Shown here: piece by piece, positions 28,294-38,148 of the stretch
How positions within the stretch are numbered: the first letter of the stretch is position 1
How the letters are laid out: every line of letters begins with the position of its first letter
Assembly: GCA_030447685.1 (NCBI GenBank)
Contig: JAUJOK010000009.1
Coordinates: forward strand, 4,543-68,542
Reading direction: 5' to 3'
Source: Armatimonadaceae bacterium
Lineage (GTDB): Bacteria; Armatimonadota; Armatimonadia; Armatimonadales; Armatimonadaceae
Length of the DNA stretch: 64,000 nucleotides
Notes under the pieces: model-generated
Told to the model about the DNA's origin: nothing
Databases searched by the model: none
Seen by the model: the letters and a program-made list of their open reading frames with translations, nothing else
Made by a program: the position numbers and the translations under genes

Positions 28294-29583
28294 ATGCTGT
28301 GCCATTGGCCCATCCTCATAGCCTGTCTGTGTACTGCCAGCATCGCCCTGGCACAACCGTCCGCCATTCGAGCGAAGAGTGATATGTTCGCTGCGGACGA
28401 GGCAGTACAGGTTGCGCTGGAGCAAAGCCCCGCTCTGGGCGCAGCACGCCGCCGTGTCGAGGCCGCGACTGCGGCGTTGCGCGGTGCGGGAGCACCGTAC
28501 ACGCCACGGGTGGAACTCGCGCCTGGCGCGGGCTTTACGAATGGGAACGCCCTGCTGTCGCAGCAGTTCGACATTGCGGGACTGCGCACGGCACAAACCC
28601 AACGCGCCGCAGGTGAGCAGAGTGCGGCGCAAGCGCAGGCAGATGCGGTGCGTCTCCAAGTGGTCCTGGAAACACGCACCGCCTACTTCGATCTGGTGCG
28701 GGCCAGGGCGAGCGAGGCGACGGCTCGGGACGCCGTAGGGCTTACCGAGCAGGTGCAGACCATCGTGCGACGGCGTGTCCAGCTCGGGGAAGCGCCTGCG
28801 GTACAGGCGACGCGCGCCGAGATCGAAGTCGCCCGTGCCCAGCAGGAGTTCGTCCGCGCGCAGGCCGATACCCAGGCCCGTGCTGCGATTCTCAATCGGC
28901 TTCTTGGACGGGAGCGACAGCAGCCGATTCAGCCGACGGACAGCCTGACCCTGCCCCCCGCACCACGCCCACTGGAAGAGCAGGTCGCTGAAGCTATGCG
29001 TTTACGCCCCGACCTTCGGGCGGCCCAGGCGCGGCTCGCGGCGTTGCAAGGCGAGGTGGAGGTTGCCCGCGCCCAGGGCAGACCAACCCTGTTCGCGGAG
29101 GTGGCAGCGGATACCTGGAGTCTGGATCGCGCCCCCTTTAGCGGGCGCAACCTGGGTGTACAGGGTCGGCTGAACTTTCCACTTGGTCGCGACCGCGCCC
29201 AGCGTGCCGAGGTGGACCGCACCCGCGCGGTTGCGCTCGCGCAGGAGGCCGAGGTAGAGGTGCTGCGCCGTGCGATTGCTCGCGAAATTGAACAGGCCGC
29301 CGCCGATCTTACCGCCTCACGCCAGATCGCACAGAACTATGAGCAGACGATCCTGCCCCGAACCGCCCAACTGCTGAGCGCCACCCGCGCGGGTTTCGAG
29401 AGCGGTTTGACGACCTTCTTGGAAGTGCTGGAAGCCCAGCGCGTCGCGAGGCAAACCCAGGTCGAGTACCAGACGACCCTGTTTGAGGCCGTGCGTGCCC
29501 GCACCACCCTGGACGCCGCGCTGGGGGCCGCCATTCTCGGCCCGACCCCAATGCCCCCGATCCCCGCAAGACAAATGAGGTAG
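28294..29583 (+). CDS. TolC-family outer membrane efflux protein (CzcC/CusC-like OMF)
   Basis: Signal peptide, two OEP repeats, coiled-coil rich. 'gaggggagg' RBS before TTG/ATG 28291/28294. Confidence 0.85.
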   Translation: MLCHWPILIACLCTASIALAQPSAIRAKSDMFAADEAVQVALEQSPALGAARRRVEAATAALRGAGAPYTPRVELAPGAGFTNGNALLSQQFDIAGLRTAQTQRAAGEQSAAQAQADAVRLQVVLETRTAYFDLVRARASEATARDAVGLTEQVQTIVRRRVQLGEAPAVQATRAEIEVARAQQEFVRAQADTQARAAILNRLLGRERQQPIQPTDSLTLPPAPRPLEEQVAEAMRLRPDLRAAQARLAALQGEVEVARAQGRPTLFAEVAADTWSLDRAPFSGRNLGVQGRLNFPLGRDRAQRAEVDRTRAVALAQEAEVEVLRRAIAREIEQAAADLTASRQIAQNYEQTILPRTAQLLSATRAGFESGLTTFLEVLEAQRVARQTQVEYQTTLFEAVRARTTLDAALGAAILGPTPMPPIPARQMR

Positions 29584-29586
29584 CCC

Positions 29587-31905
29587 ATGAAAGCCAGAAC
29601 CATCACCCACGTTTTCGCACTGCTCGTCGGCGCGCCGCTGCTGCTTCTGTTGCCTGCCCGCGCCCAGGAGGAGGCGGGCCACATGCACGGCCCCGATGGG
29701 CGGCATATCGCCGTCGCCAGCACCTTCGGGGGCCAGGCAGCAGGGCAGCGGAGCATCCTGAGCCACCACGACCTGATGATTACCGATTTGCGCCAGCCTG
29801 GTCCCGACAGGAACGGCAAGGTGGTCGAGGGCTGTGACGTACATTCGGTGATCCACAAGAAGGGTGACCCGAAAGCGGTCATTCACCGCGAGCACAACAC
29901 CTTCGAGCCTGAAAACGGTGTGTACGGCTCGCACATGATGTACCGCGAGCCAGGGGAGTATGTCATTATCGAGAAGGTCACTCTGCCCGATAAGCAGCAG
30001 GTGACTCTGGAGTTCCCGATATGGGTGCCCGCTCCCCAGGGTCAGGCTGAGCACGCCCATCACTCCCCCTGGTGGACAGTACTCGGAGTTGCCGCAATCC
30101 TCCTCGCCATACTGGGTGCATTTCTTTTGGGGAGGCGCAGCGGGCGGCGAACGGTGGCGATGCTGTCTATCGTCGCTCTGGTCACGGGTTCCCTCCCCAT
30201 TGTTCCCACGGCTCATGCGCAGGAAGACGGAGAAGAAGCGGGTCATATGCACGGCCCTGACGGGCGGCACGTCGCCGTTGCCAGTACGTTCGGGGGCGGC
30301 AATGCGCAGGAGCCGCTACGGGCCTACCCCACCGCCGACCGACAGGAGGCCGCCGTCCAGACCCAGGGACACTACCGCTTCCGCCTGTCCATCGAGAACG
30401 AGGAAATGGCCCCGCCTGACCCCGATGTCGTCACCATCTCGTCCGATGCGGCGAAAACCGTCGGGCTGACAACAGTCGCGGCGCGGGCGGCGCGGGGGAC
30501 GAGCGCACTGACGACAACAGGTCAGGTGAAGCCAAACCCGAACCGTGCCGCAACCGTGAACGCGCGTGTCGCGGGGCGCGTGGTGCGCGTAGGGGTGACG
30601 CCAGGAGATGAGGTGAGCGCGGGCCATGTCGTCGCTGTGCTCGACAGCGCCGAAATAGCCCAGGTCCAGGCTGATTTACGCCGAGGCGCGTCTGAGATCG
30701 CCCAGTCGGACGCCGCTGCCGCGCGCGCCCGCTCCCAAATTGCCGAGGCACAGGCCAACCAAGAGCGCGCCCGTGCCGAGGCAAGTCAGGCGCAGGGGCA
30801 GGTGCGGAACGCCGAACGTACTCTGGCACGCCAGCGGGAACTTGCGCGGTCAGGCGCGTTCGCTTCGGGTCCCGTCGAAGCCGCGCGTTCTGCCGTTGCG
30901 ACTGCCGAGGGCGAACTGAACGTTGCGCGCACAGCGCTTGCAACCCTGGAAGCGCAGGCGCGCCGCCTGGAAACAGGCGTCGCCGATGGTGTGGTATCCC
31001 GCCGCGAGGCCGAGACTGCTCAGAGCGCCGCCGCCCAGGGCCGCACCCGCGTCGAAACCGCCCAGCGGCAACTAACGATTGCACGGGCGGCGCTTGCCCG
31101 TGAAGAACAAATCCAGCGCCGCGGGCTGCGCGACGCGCGCGAAGTGCAGCAGGCCCAGGCCGATCTTGCCGCAGCCCAGGCTGCGCTGCGAGCCGCGAAC
31201 GCCGTGGTTCAGAGCGAGGCACGGCGGGTTCAGGCTGCCCGCGGCGGCGCGGCGGAGGCAGAGGCAACGCGCACACGGGCGCGCACCAATCTCGCTTCGG
31301 CGCGCAACCGATTGCGGTTGCTCGGCGCAACGCCCAGCGGCGGCAGTCAGGTGACGGTGGTGACACCACTGGGGGGCGAGGTGGAGGCGCGGCCCGTCAG
31401 CGCAGGCGAAGTGGTGGAGGCGGGGCAGACGCTCGCACGCATCCTGAACACGGACAGCGTGTGGGTCGAGAGCGACGTGTTCGAGAAAGACTTGCCACAA
31501 GTGCGCGTCGGCCAGGCCGTGACTATCGCCGCCGACGCCGTTCCTGGCCGCACCTTCCAGGGGCGCATTTCTTATATTGGTGGCGCGGTGAACCCTGAAA
31601 CTCGCGCCGTGCGTGTCCGCACCGCAGTCACCAACCCTGGCGAGGTGCTCAAGCCCAATATGTTTGTTCGGGTGCTTGTCGGCGCAGGCCGAGGTCGTGC
31701 GATTCTCGTGCCCCAGGAGGCTGTCCAGGAGGACGGGAACGAGCAGGTCGTCTTCATCCAGGAAGGGGAAGGCTACCGCCGCCGCGCTGTTCGGATCGGC
31801 GCGACGCTGGGTGACATGGCAGTGATCGAAGGGGGGCTGAAGGCGGGTGACAAGGTGGTCACGCAAGGCGCGTACCAGTTGCTCGCCTTGGCGAAGAAAG
31901 GATAA
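29587..31905 (+). CDS. RND efflux membrane fusion protein (CzcB/CusB-like) with two tandem N-terminal HMHGPDGRH-motif modules
   Basis: 772 aa. Signal '...LLLLPARAQEEAGHMHGPDGRHIAVASTFGG' then a roughly 130-aa module. A second hydrophobic segment follows, 'WWTVLGVAAILLAILGAFLL...AHAQEDGEEAGHMHGPDGRHVAVASTFGG'. Then canonical HlyD/MFP lipoyl, hairpin coiled-coil and beta-barrel ('VVAVLDSAEIAQ...', 'RVGQAVTIAADAVPGRTFQGRISYIG'). Confidence 0.85.
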   Translation: MKARTITHVFALLVGAPLLLLLPARAQEEAGHMHGPDGRHIAVASTFGGQAAGQRSILSHHDLMITDLRQPGPDRNGKVVEGCDVHSVIHKKGDPKAVIHREHNTFEPENGVYGSHMMYREPGEYVIIEKVTLPDKQQVTLEFPIWVPAPQGQAEHAHHSPWWTVLGVAAILLAILGAFLLGRRSGRRTVAMLSIVALVTGSLPIVPTAHAQEDGEEAGHMHGPDGRHVAVASTFGGGNAQEPLRAYPTADRQEAAVQTQGHYRFRLSIENEEMAPPDPDVVTISSDAAKTVGLTTVAARAARGTSALTTTGQVKPNPNRAATVNARVAGRVVRVGVTPGDEVSAGHVVAVLDSAEIAQVQADLRRGASEIAQSDAAAARARSQIAEAQANQERARAEASQAQGQVRNAERTLARQRELARSGAFASGPVEAARSAVATAEGELNVARTALATLEAQARRLETGVADGVVSRREAETAQSAAAQGRTRVETAQRQLTIARAALAREEQIQRRGLRDAREVQQAQADLAAAQAALRAANAVVQSEARRVQAARGGAAEAEATRTRARTNLASARNRLRLLGATPSGGSQVTVVTPLGGEVEARPVSAGEVVEAGQTLARILNTDSVWVESDVFEKDLPQVRVGQAVTIAADAVPGRTFQGRISYIGGAVNPETRAVRVRTAVTNPGEVLKPNMFVRVLVGAGRGRAILVPQEAVQEDGNEQVVFIQEGEGYRRRAVRIGATLGDMAVIEGGLKAGDKVVTQGAYQLLALAKKG

Positions 31906-31918
31906 GGGACTGCCGTTC

Positions 31919-34900
31919 GTGTTCAACCGCATCATCGAGTTCAGCATCAAAAACCGTGTGCTCGTCTGCGCCGCCGCGCTCATGCTCCTGGTATACGGCG
32001 CGCGGGTCGTCACACAGATGCCCGTGGATGTGCTGCCTGATCTGAACCGCCCCGTGGTCACGGTCATGACCGAGGCGCATGGACTTGCCCCCGAAGAGGT
32101 CGAGCCGCTTGTCACCTTCCCCATCGAGACGGCAATGAACGGCGCGGCGGGGGTGCAGCGGGTTCGTTCGGCTTCCAGCGCGGGGCTTTCCATCGTCTGG
32201 GTGGAGTTCGACTGGGACACCGACATCTTCCGCGCGCGCCAGGTCGTCAACGAAAAGTTGCAGACCGCGCAGGGACGGCTGCCCACGGGCACGTTGCCCT
32301 CACTCGCCCCTGTATCCTCCATCATGGGCGAGGTGCTGCTTGTCTCGCTGTCGAGCAAGGACGGCACCACGCCGCCCATTGAGGTGCGCTCGCTCGCAGA
32401 CTGGGTGGTGCGCCCGCGCCTCCTGGGCGTGCCTGGCGTGTCGCAGGTTGTGCCCATCGGGGGTGGGGCCAAGCAGTTCCAGGTGCTCACCAACCCCGCC
32501 CGCCTCCAGCAATACGGCGTGACGCTCGACCAGTTGACCGAAGCCGCGCGCCAGTCCAACCTGAACACGTCGGGCGGGTTTTTGCAGACGCCGCAGCGCG
32601 AGGCGATCATCCGCATCACGGGCCGCGCCCGCTCCCCCCAGGACATCGCCCGCACCGTTGTCGCTCAGAAAAACGGCGTGCCTGTAACCATTGGGCAGGT
32701 GGCGGAGGTCCGCTTCGGGGCGGGACCGAGGCGCGGTGATGCCAGTGTAAGCGGAGCGCCCGCCGTCATCCTCAGCGTTCAGAAGCAGCCCAACGCAAAT
32801 ACCCTGGAACTGACCCGCGCGCTCGACAAGGCGCTCGGCGACATCCAGGCTGCGCTCCCCCGCGACGTGACGATAAACCGCGACCTGTTCCGCCAGGCCA
32901 CCTTCATTGAGGCCGCCGTGGACAACGTGAAGGAGGCGCTGCGCGACGGCACCATCCTGGTGTTTGTCATCCTGCTCGCCTTTTTGCTGAACCTGAGGGC
33001 TACTTTCATCTCGCTCGTCGCCATACCGCTGTCCTTCGTAATCGCCATGCTGGTTCTGGACCGCTTCGGCATCTCGGTCAATACGATGACGCTCGGTGGG
33101 CTGGCGGTCGCTATCGGGCTGGTGGTGGACGACAGCATCGTGGACGTGGAAAACGTGGTGCGGCGGCTGCGGGAGAACCGCGCGAAGCCTGCTCCACTAC
33201 CGCCACTCCAGGTGGTCTTTGAGGCAAGCGCCGAGGTCCGAAACAGCATTGTGTTCGCCACTGTTATCATTGTGCTGGTCTTCGTGCCGCTCCTGTCACT
33301 GGAGGGCATGGAAGGGCGCGTGTTCCTGCCGCTGGGCCTGGCCTTTATTACCGCACTGACCGCTTCCTTGCTCGTTTCGCTCACGCTAACGCCCGCTCTC
33401 TGCGCCTTTCTGCTCGCCCGCACGGCTAAAAAAACATCCGCCGATCACGCCGAGGACACCTGGCTGGTGCGCCACTTAAAGCGTGGGGACGAGCCGCTGG
33501 TGCGCTGGGCCATTCGCCATCCCACTCCCGTGCTCGCAGGGGCTGCGTTGCTGTCTCTCGCCGCGCTCGCCCTGCTGCCGCGGATGGGACGTGAGTTCCT
33601 GCCCCCGTTCAACGAGGGCAGCCTTTCCATCAGCGCGATCCTGCCTCCTGGTACGGGCCTAACTGAATCGAACCGAATAGGGACCGCTATCGAAAAGCAG
33701 CTCCTGTCCGTGCCTGAAGTTGTCCATACGGGGCGGCGTACGGGGCGCGCTGAGATGGATGAGCACGCCGAGGGCGTCGGCTATTCCGAAATCGACGTGG
33801 GTTTACGTGCGAGCCGACGCTCCCACGGACAGGCGGTCGCCGAGATACGCCGAAAGGTGGAGGCTATCCCTGGCGCGGTGGTCGCTGTCGGACAGCCCAT
33901 CTCGCACCGACTGGACCACCTGTCGTCGGGAGTGCGCGCCGCACTTGCCGTAAAAGTGTATGGCCCCGACCTGGACGCGCTGAGGAGCCGTGCTCAGGAG
34001 GTCCGAAACGTTATGTCCCAGGTGCCTGGCGTCGTGGATTTGCAGGTCGAGCCGCAAATTGAGGTGCCTCAGGTTCGGATCGACATCGACCGAGACCAGG
34101 CCGCGCGCTACGGTCTGACCCCAGGGGAACTCGCCGAAACGCTGGAAACCGCGCTGGGCGGCCATGTGGTCGGGCAGGTCTTGCAGGAACAACGCACCTA
34201 TGACCTTGTGGTCTGGTTTGACGAGGCCGCCCGAGGCGATACGGATGTGATCGGGCGGACACTGGTAAGCACGCCGTCAGGGGCGCGCGTACCGCTCGGG
34301 CAGTTGGCACGGGTTCGCAAGGCGGCGGGGCCGAACACCATCAACCGTGAAAACGTGTCGCGGCGCATCGTGGTCCAGGCCAATGTCCAGGGTCGAGACC
34401 TGAACAGCGTCGTGACTGACCTCCAGCGGCGGATGGGCGCGGTGCAGGCGGCGTGGCCCACGGGCTACTTCGTTGAGTACGGGGGCCAGTTCGAGAGCCA
34501 GCAGAACGCCATGAGCCGCATCCTGCTGCTTGGAGCGTTCACCGTCGTTGCCATCTTCCTTGCGCTTTATGTTGCCCTCCAATCGTGGCGGCTCGCCCTC
34601 CAAGTCATGGTAAACCTGCCGCTTGCTCTCGTTGGCGGTGTCCTTGCCGTTTACCTGACAGGCGGCGTGCTGTCCGTGGCCTCGTTGGTCGGCTTTATCA
34701 CTCTGTTCGGTATCGCCACCCGCAACGGCATCATGATGCTGTCCCACTATGTCCACCTGATGCGCGAGGAGGGGGAAGCCTTTGGGGAACACATGATCGT
34801 GCGCGGTACGCTGGAGCGACTTTCACCCGTCCTTATGACTGCCCTCGCCGCCGCACTCGGTCTGCTGCCGCTGGCGCTTTCAGTGGGTGAGCCTGGCAAG

Positions 34901-35125
34901 GAACTTTTGCAGCCGATTGCCGTGGTTATTTTGGGCGGGCTGCTATCCAGCACGCTGCTCGACCAGTTGGTCACGCCCGCGCTGTTCTTCCGCTTCGGAC
35001 GCGCCGAATGGGAGGGTTCCGCCGAGGGGAGCGGGAACGTTATGCCGCACGCAGGGGACGATCAGGGTACATCTGTTGCCCCGACGGGCGGGGGCGGGAG
35101 AAGCCAGCCTGAACCCGCGCACTGA
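31919..35125 (+). CDS. heavy-metal-efflux RND transporter (CzcA/CusA family)
   Basis: About 1068 aa from the GTG at 31919 ('MFNRIIEFSIKNRVLV...'). 12 TM helices and two large periplasmic loops. RBS 'aaggataaggga'. Confidence 0.9.
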   Translation: MFNRIIEFSIKNRVLVCAAALMLLVYGARVVTQMPVDVLPDLNRPVVTVMTEAHGLAPEEVEPLVTFPIETAMNGAAGVQRVRSASSAGLSIVWVEFDWDTDIFRARQVVNEKLQTAQGRLPTGTLPSLAPVSSIMGEVLLVSLSSKDGTTPPIEVRSLADWVVRPRLLGVPGVSQVVPIGGGAKQFQVLTNPARLQQYGVTLDQLTEAARQSNLNTSGGFLQTPQREAIIRITGRARSPQDIARTVVAQKNGVPVTIGQVAEVRFGAGPRRGDASVSGAPAVILSVQKQPNANTLELTRALDKALGDIQAALPRDVTINRDLFRQATFIEAAVDNVKEALRDGTILVFVILLAFLLNLRATFISLVAIPLSFVIAMLVLDRFGISVNTMTLGGLAVAIGLVVDDSIVDVENVVRRLRENRAKPAPLPPLQVVFEASAEVRNSIVFATVIIVLVFVPLLSLEGMEGRVFLPLGLAFITALTASLLVSLTLTPALCAFLLARTAKKTSADHAEDTWLVRHLKRGDEPLVRWAIRHPTPVLAGAALLSLAALALLPRMGREFLPPFNEGSLSISAILPPGTGLTESNRIGTAIEKQLLSVPEVVHTGRRTGRAEMDEHAEGVGYSEIDVGLRASRRSHGQAVAEIRRKVEAIPGAVVAVGQPISHRLDHLSSGVRAALAVKVYGPDLDALRSRAQEVRNVMSQVPGVVDLQVEPQIEVPQVRIDIDRDQAARYGLTPGELAETLETALGGHVVGQVLQEQRTYDLVVWFDEAARGDTDVIGRTLVSTPSGARVPLGQLARVRKAAGPNTINRENVSRRIVVQANVQGRDLNSVVTDLQRRMGAVQAAWPTGYFVEYGGQFESQQNAMSRILLLGAFTVVAIFLALYVALQSWRLALQVMVNLPLALVGGVLAVYLTGGVLSVASLVGFITLFGIATRNGIMMLSHYVHLMREEGEAFGEHMIVRGTLERLSPVLMTALAAALGLLPLALSVGEPGKELLQPIAVVILGGLLSSTLLDQLVTPALFFRFGRAEWEGSAEGSGNVMPHAGDDQGTSVAPTGGGGRSQPEPAH

Positions 35126-35150
35126 ATTCGTTTTTCCAGGGAGTAAAGAT

Positions 35151-36164
35151 ATGAGTGAAACAGGATGGAGCCGCCGCCGCCTCCTCGGCGCGGCGGTCGT
35201 GACGGCAGGCGCGGCGGGAACCGCCGCTGCTCTGGGGGGCGCGGACCAGGCGCTCGCTGCGACTCAGCAAGACCGTCGAAAGAGAAAGACCCCACCCATG
35301 ACCGCCGAGGAGATGGCGGCAGTGGACACTGCGCTGGGTAAGAAGGGCCGCTACGTGGAAGCAGAGGCCGTCTACACCACGGCGCTGCCGCGTGCTGACC
35401 TGAAGGTGTCGGTCAAGGGTGATCCCGTCCCGACCGCACTGGGATTCGGCGGCTGGGTGTCGCTGAAGAAGACGCTGGACGGCAAGAACACGGTCCTGAT
35501 GAGTGACACCGTGCTGCTCCAGGACGAAGTGAACCCGCTGATCTCGGCGGCGCAGGCGAACGGCCTGGAGGTCAGCGCGATTCATAACCACTTCTTCTAC
35601 GAGGAGCCGCGCATCTTCTACATGCACGTCCACGGCATGGGCGCTGCCGCAGACCTGGCGCGCCGTTATGCCACAGCAATCCAGACGACCAAACTGTTTC
35701 CCGCCAATCAGCCACCCGCAGGCCAAGCGCCCGCGCGCACGGGCAAAGAGATATTCGACCTGCCCACCCTGGACAAGATCGTGGGCAACACGGGCAGCGT
35801 GAACGGGCCTACCTACAAGTACACCATCGGGCGCAGCGACCTTTTCATCACGGCGATGGGTGCGGAAATGACCGCTGCCATCGGACTGAACACCTGGGCT
35901 TCCTTTGCGGGCACGGCAGAAAGTGCCCATATTGCGGGCGATGTCGCGATGCTGGAGCCTGAGGTGAACCCCGTCATCAAGGCCCTGCGCAGGCATAACC
36001 TGGAAGTGGTCGCCGTCCACAATCACATGCTGGGCGAAGACCCGCGTATCTTCTTCCTGCATTACCTGGGGCGCGGCCCCGCTACGACGCTGGCACGAGG
36101 CTTCCGCGCCGCCCTGGATGAACTGGGCAGGCACGGCAGGAGCGGGATGCGGATGGGAAGGTAG
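35151..36164 (+). CDS. Tat-signal secreted DUF1259-family protein (two internal repeats)
   Basis: 'MSETGWSRRRLLGAAVVTAGAAGTAAALG' is a twin-arginine signal. Repeated 'EVSAIHNHFF...' / 'EVVAVHNHML...' halves. RBS 'gggag'. Confidence 0.7.
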   Translation: MSETGWSRRRLLGAAVVTAGAAGTAAALGGADQALAATQQDRRKRKTPPMTAEEMAAVDTALGKKGRYVEAEAVYTTALPRADLKVSVKGDPVPTALGFGGWVSLKKTLDGKNTVLMSDTVLLQDEVNPLISAAQANGLEVSAIHNHFFYEEPRIFYMHVHGMGAAADLARRYATAIQTTKLFPANQPPAGQAPARTGKEIFDLPTLDKIVGNTGSVNGPTYKYTIGRSDLFITAMGAEMTAAIGLNTWASFAGTAESAHIAGDVAMLEPEVNPVIKALRRHNLEVVAVHNHMLGEDPRIFFLHYLGRGPATTLARGFRAALDELGRHGRSGMRMGR

Positions 36165-36169
36165 TTCTC

Positions 36170-36508
36170 GTGGCAGAGGCGCGGCCCTGCTCTCCTGGGT
36201 GGCGACGGCACGTGCCTCTGCTCTTTGCTATCTTCCTGGACATGATGGGCTTTGGCATGGTCATTCCTGACCTGCAAACACGCCTGGAAGCCTTCGGCGC
36301 GCAGGGCTGGGCCATCGGGCTGGTGTTGTCGAGCTACTTTCTGACGCAGATCGTGGTGTCGCCGCTCTGGGGGCGGCTCAGCGATAAGGTGGGCCGCAAG
36401 CCCGTGCTGGTAATCTGCGGCACGCTCTCGGCAACCTCAATGGTGCTGGCGGGCTGTGTGCTGCTGGTGGCGGCACTCTTACCGCTGAGGGGCTATGCTA
36501 CTGCGTAG
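36170..36508 (+). pseudogene. N-terminal fragment (about 3 TM helices) of an MFS transporter, truncated
   Basis: 'LLFAIFLDMMGFGMVIPDLQ...WGRLSDKVGRKPVLVICG' is the MFS TM1 to loop 2-3 signature, but the ORF ends after 112 aa and is followed by about 190 bp of lower-GC non-coding DNA. Confidence 0.5.
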
Positions 36509-36698
36509 GCGGCACCCGTAAGGGTGTCACTGCTTCTATTATAGCTGGCCCTTCCAGGGCCAATACCGCCCAGCGTATATGCCTTACAGTCGGGTGTCAA
36601 AAATAACCAGAATCCGCCGCACCCCCTGAGCCGAAGGTGCCAGAATCGTTTCTGTTCTTGGCCCTGCTACGCGCACCACCAAATGCGGGCGGAGCACG

Positions 36699-37223
36699 CT
36701 AAGCAGATACGTTTTTCGGTGGCTGGGAGATTATCGGTGGCGGGCGCAGTTGGATACCTGCCGCGCGGAGCCACTGGTCTATCATCCAGCGTGGTGGCAG
36801 TGTGTCCCAGCCCGCGACCTCGGCAGCGCATCGGGCAATGTTTCCGAACGGGCGGTGTGACTCGGCATACAGTGCCCCCAGAGTCTCACGTGACAGCGGA
36901 CAGGGATGCGGCTGCGCCACCTGAAGATTTTCTCGCCGCAGGTCCAGCGGGTCGCCATTTTTGTGCAGGACGCGCCGCCGTGCCCCCGCCTGGGTAATGA
37001 GCCGCGACAACTGCACGCGCTTACGTTTCGCGCCCGCTTCCTGCGGGACTGAGGCGACGACCTTCAGGCCACCACCCAGGTTGTAAGTGCGCCACGTATA
37101 CCGCTCCAGCAGCGCGGCGTCCTGGGCGTCGATCACGATGGTGTGCCCGCTGGCGATTCGGGCCGTGATGGGTTGCGCTTCGACAGCGGCGCAGCCCCCG
37201 CCTTCAGTGCTCATGGCCTGCAT
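36699..37223 (-). CDS. HNH endonuclease family protein
   Basis: 'VLHKNGDPLDLRRENLQV' matches the HNH motif (H-x-N-G-D-x-x-D-N-R-x-x-N-L). 174 aa. Overlaps the czcD stop by 20 nt. Confidence 0.55.
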   Translation of the reverse strand: MQAMSTEGGGCAAVEAQPITARIASGHTIVIDAQDAALLERYTWRTYNLGGGLKVVASVPQEAGAKRKRVQLSRLITQAGARRRVLHKNGDPLDLRRENLQVAQPHPCPLSRETLGALYAESHRPFGNIARCAAEVAGWDTLPPRWMIDQWLRAAGIQLRPPPIISQPPKNVSA

Positions 37224-38148
37224 GAGATTCCGCCGTTGCGCCCAGGTTGCAGTCCGCGTCCTCGGGCGCGCATATGCCCCACGTCTCCACCTGGACCGTA
37301 GTGTGGGTCATGTCAAACTCGCGCTCCAGTACCTCCCGTGCGGCTTGAAGCACCTCCTGCTCGCTCTGCACCCCCGCCTCGTCCAGAACCAGATGCGCCG
37401 TCAGGCTGTGTTTGCCGCTCGTGATCGCCCAGACATGAAGATCATGAACGTCCTGCACCCCTGGCAACGCCCGCAGGGACGCGTCAATCTGCTCCAACTC
37501 GATACCCTCAGGCACGCCCTCCAGCAGGATGTTCACGCTCTCCGAGAGCAGCGTCCAGGTGCGGGGCAATACCCACAGGCCAATCAGGACGGCGAAGATC
37601 GGGTCCACCTGCCACCAGCCTGTGAACTGGATCACGAGCGCCCCCGCGATCACGGCCACCGAACCCAGCAGGTCACTCCACACCTCCAGGTAGGCTCCCT
37701 TCATGTTCAGGCTCTGGGAGCTGCCTGCCTGGAGAACGCGCATTGAGAGGAGGTTGACCATAAACCCGAGCGCGGCTACGCCGAGCATCCAACCCGACTG
37801 GATTTCGGGCGGCTCCTGGAACCGCTTCCACGCCTCCCAAAGGATATAGAAGGCGACCAGGAACAGCACCGCCGCGTTCACCGCCGCCGCCAGTATCTCG
37901 AAGCGGTAGTAGCCGAAGGTGCGCTTTTTGTCGGCGGGCCGCTTGCTGAAGCGAATCGCGACCAGCGCGATTCCGAGGGCAGCGACATCGGTGAGCATGT
38001 GGGCGGCGTCGGAAAGCAGCGCCAGGCTCCCCGTCACGAAGCCGCCCACGACTTCGGCTATCAAGTACGTGGCTGTCAGAGTCAGGGCGATCCTCAGCGC
38101 CCGCTCGTTACCTGCGCCCCCGTGAGTGTGGCTATGGCCTGACCCCAT
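37204..38148 (-). CDS. cation diffusion facilitator transporter (CzcD-like)
   Basis: His-rich N-terminus 'MGSGHSHTHGG', six TM helices with 'LLSDAAHMLTDV', C-terminal cytoplasmic domain. RBS 'gaaggagg' 6 nt before the ATG. Confidence 0.85.
   Translation of the reverse strand: MGSGHSHTHGGAGNERALRIALTLTATYLIAEVVGGFVTGSLALLSDAAHMLTDVAALGIALVAIRFSKRPADKKRTFGYYRFEILAAAVNAAVLFLVAFYILWEAWKRFQEPPEIQSGWMLGVAALGFMVNLLSMRVLQAGSSQSLNMKGAYLEVWSDLLGSVAVIAGALVIQFTGWWQVDPIFAVLIGLWVLPRTWTLLSESVNILLEGVPEGIELEQIDASLRALPGVQDVHDLHVWAITSGKHSLTAHLVLDEAGVQSEQEVLQAAREVLEREFDMTHTTVQVETWGICAPEDADCNLGATAESHAGHEH

Noticed and set aside
29317-32655. Minus-strand ORFs of 317, 312 and 527 aa across the first MFP/RND region
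   Set aside because: Antisense to strongly supported efflux genes.
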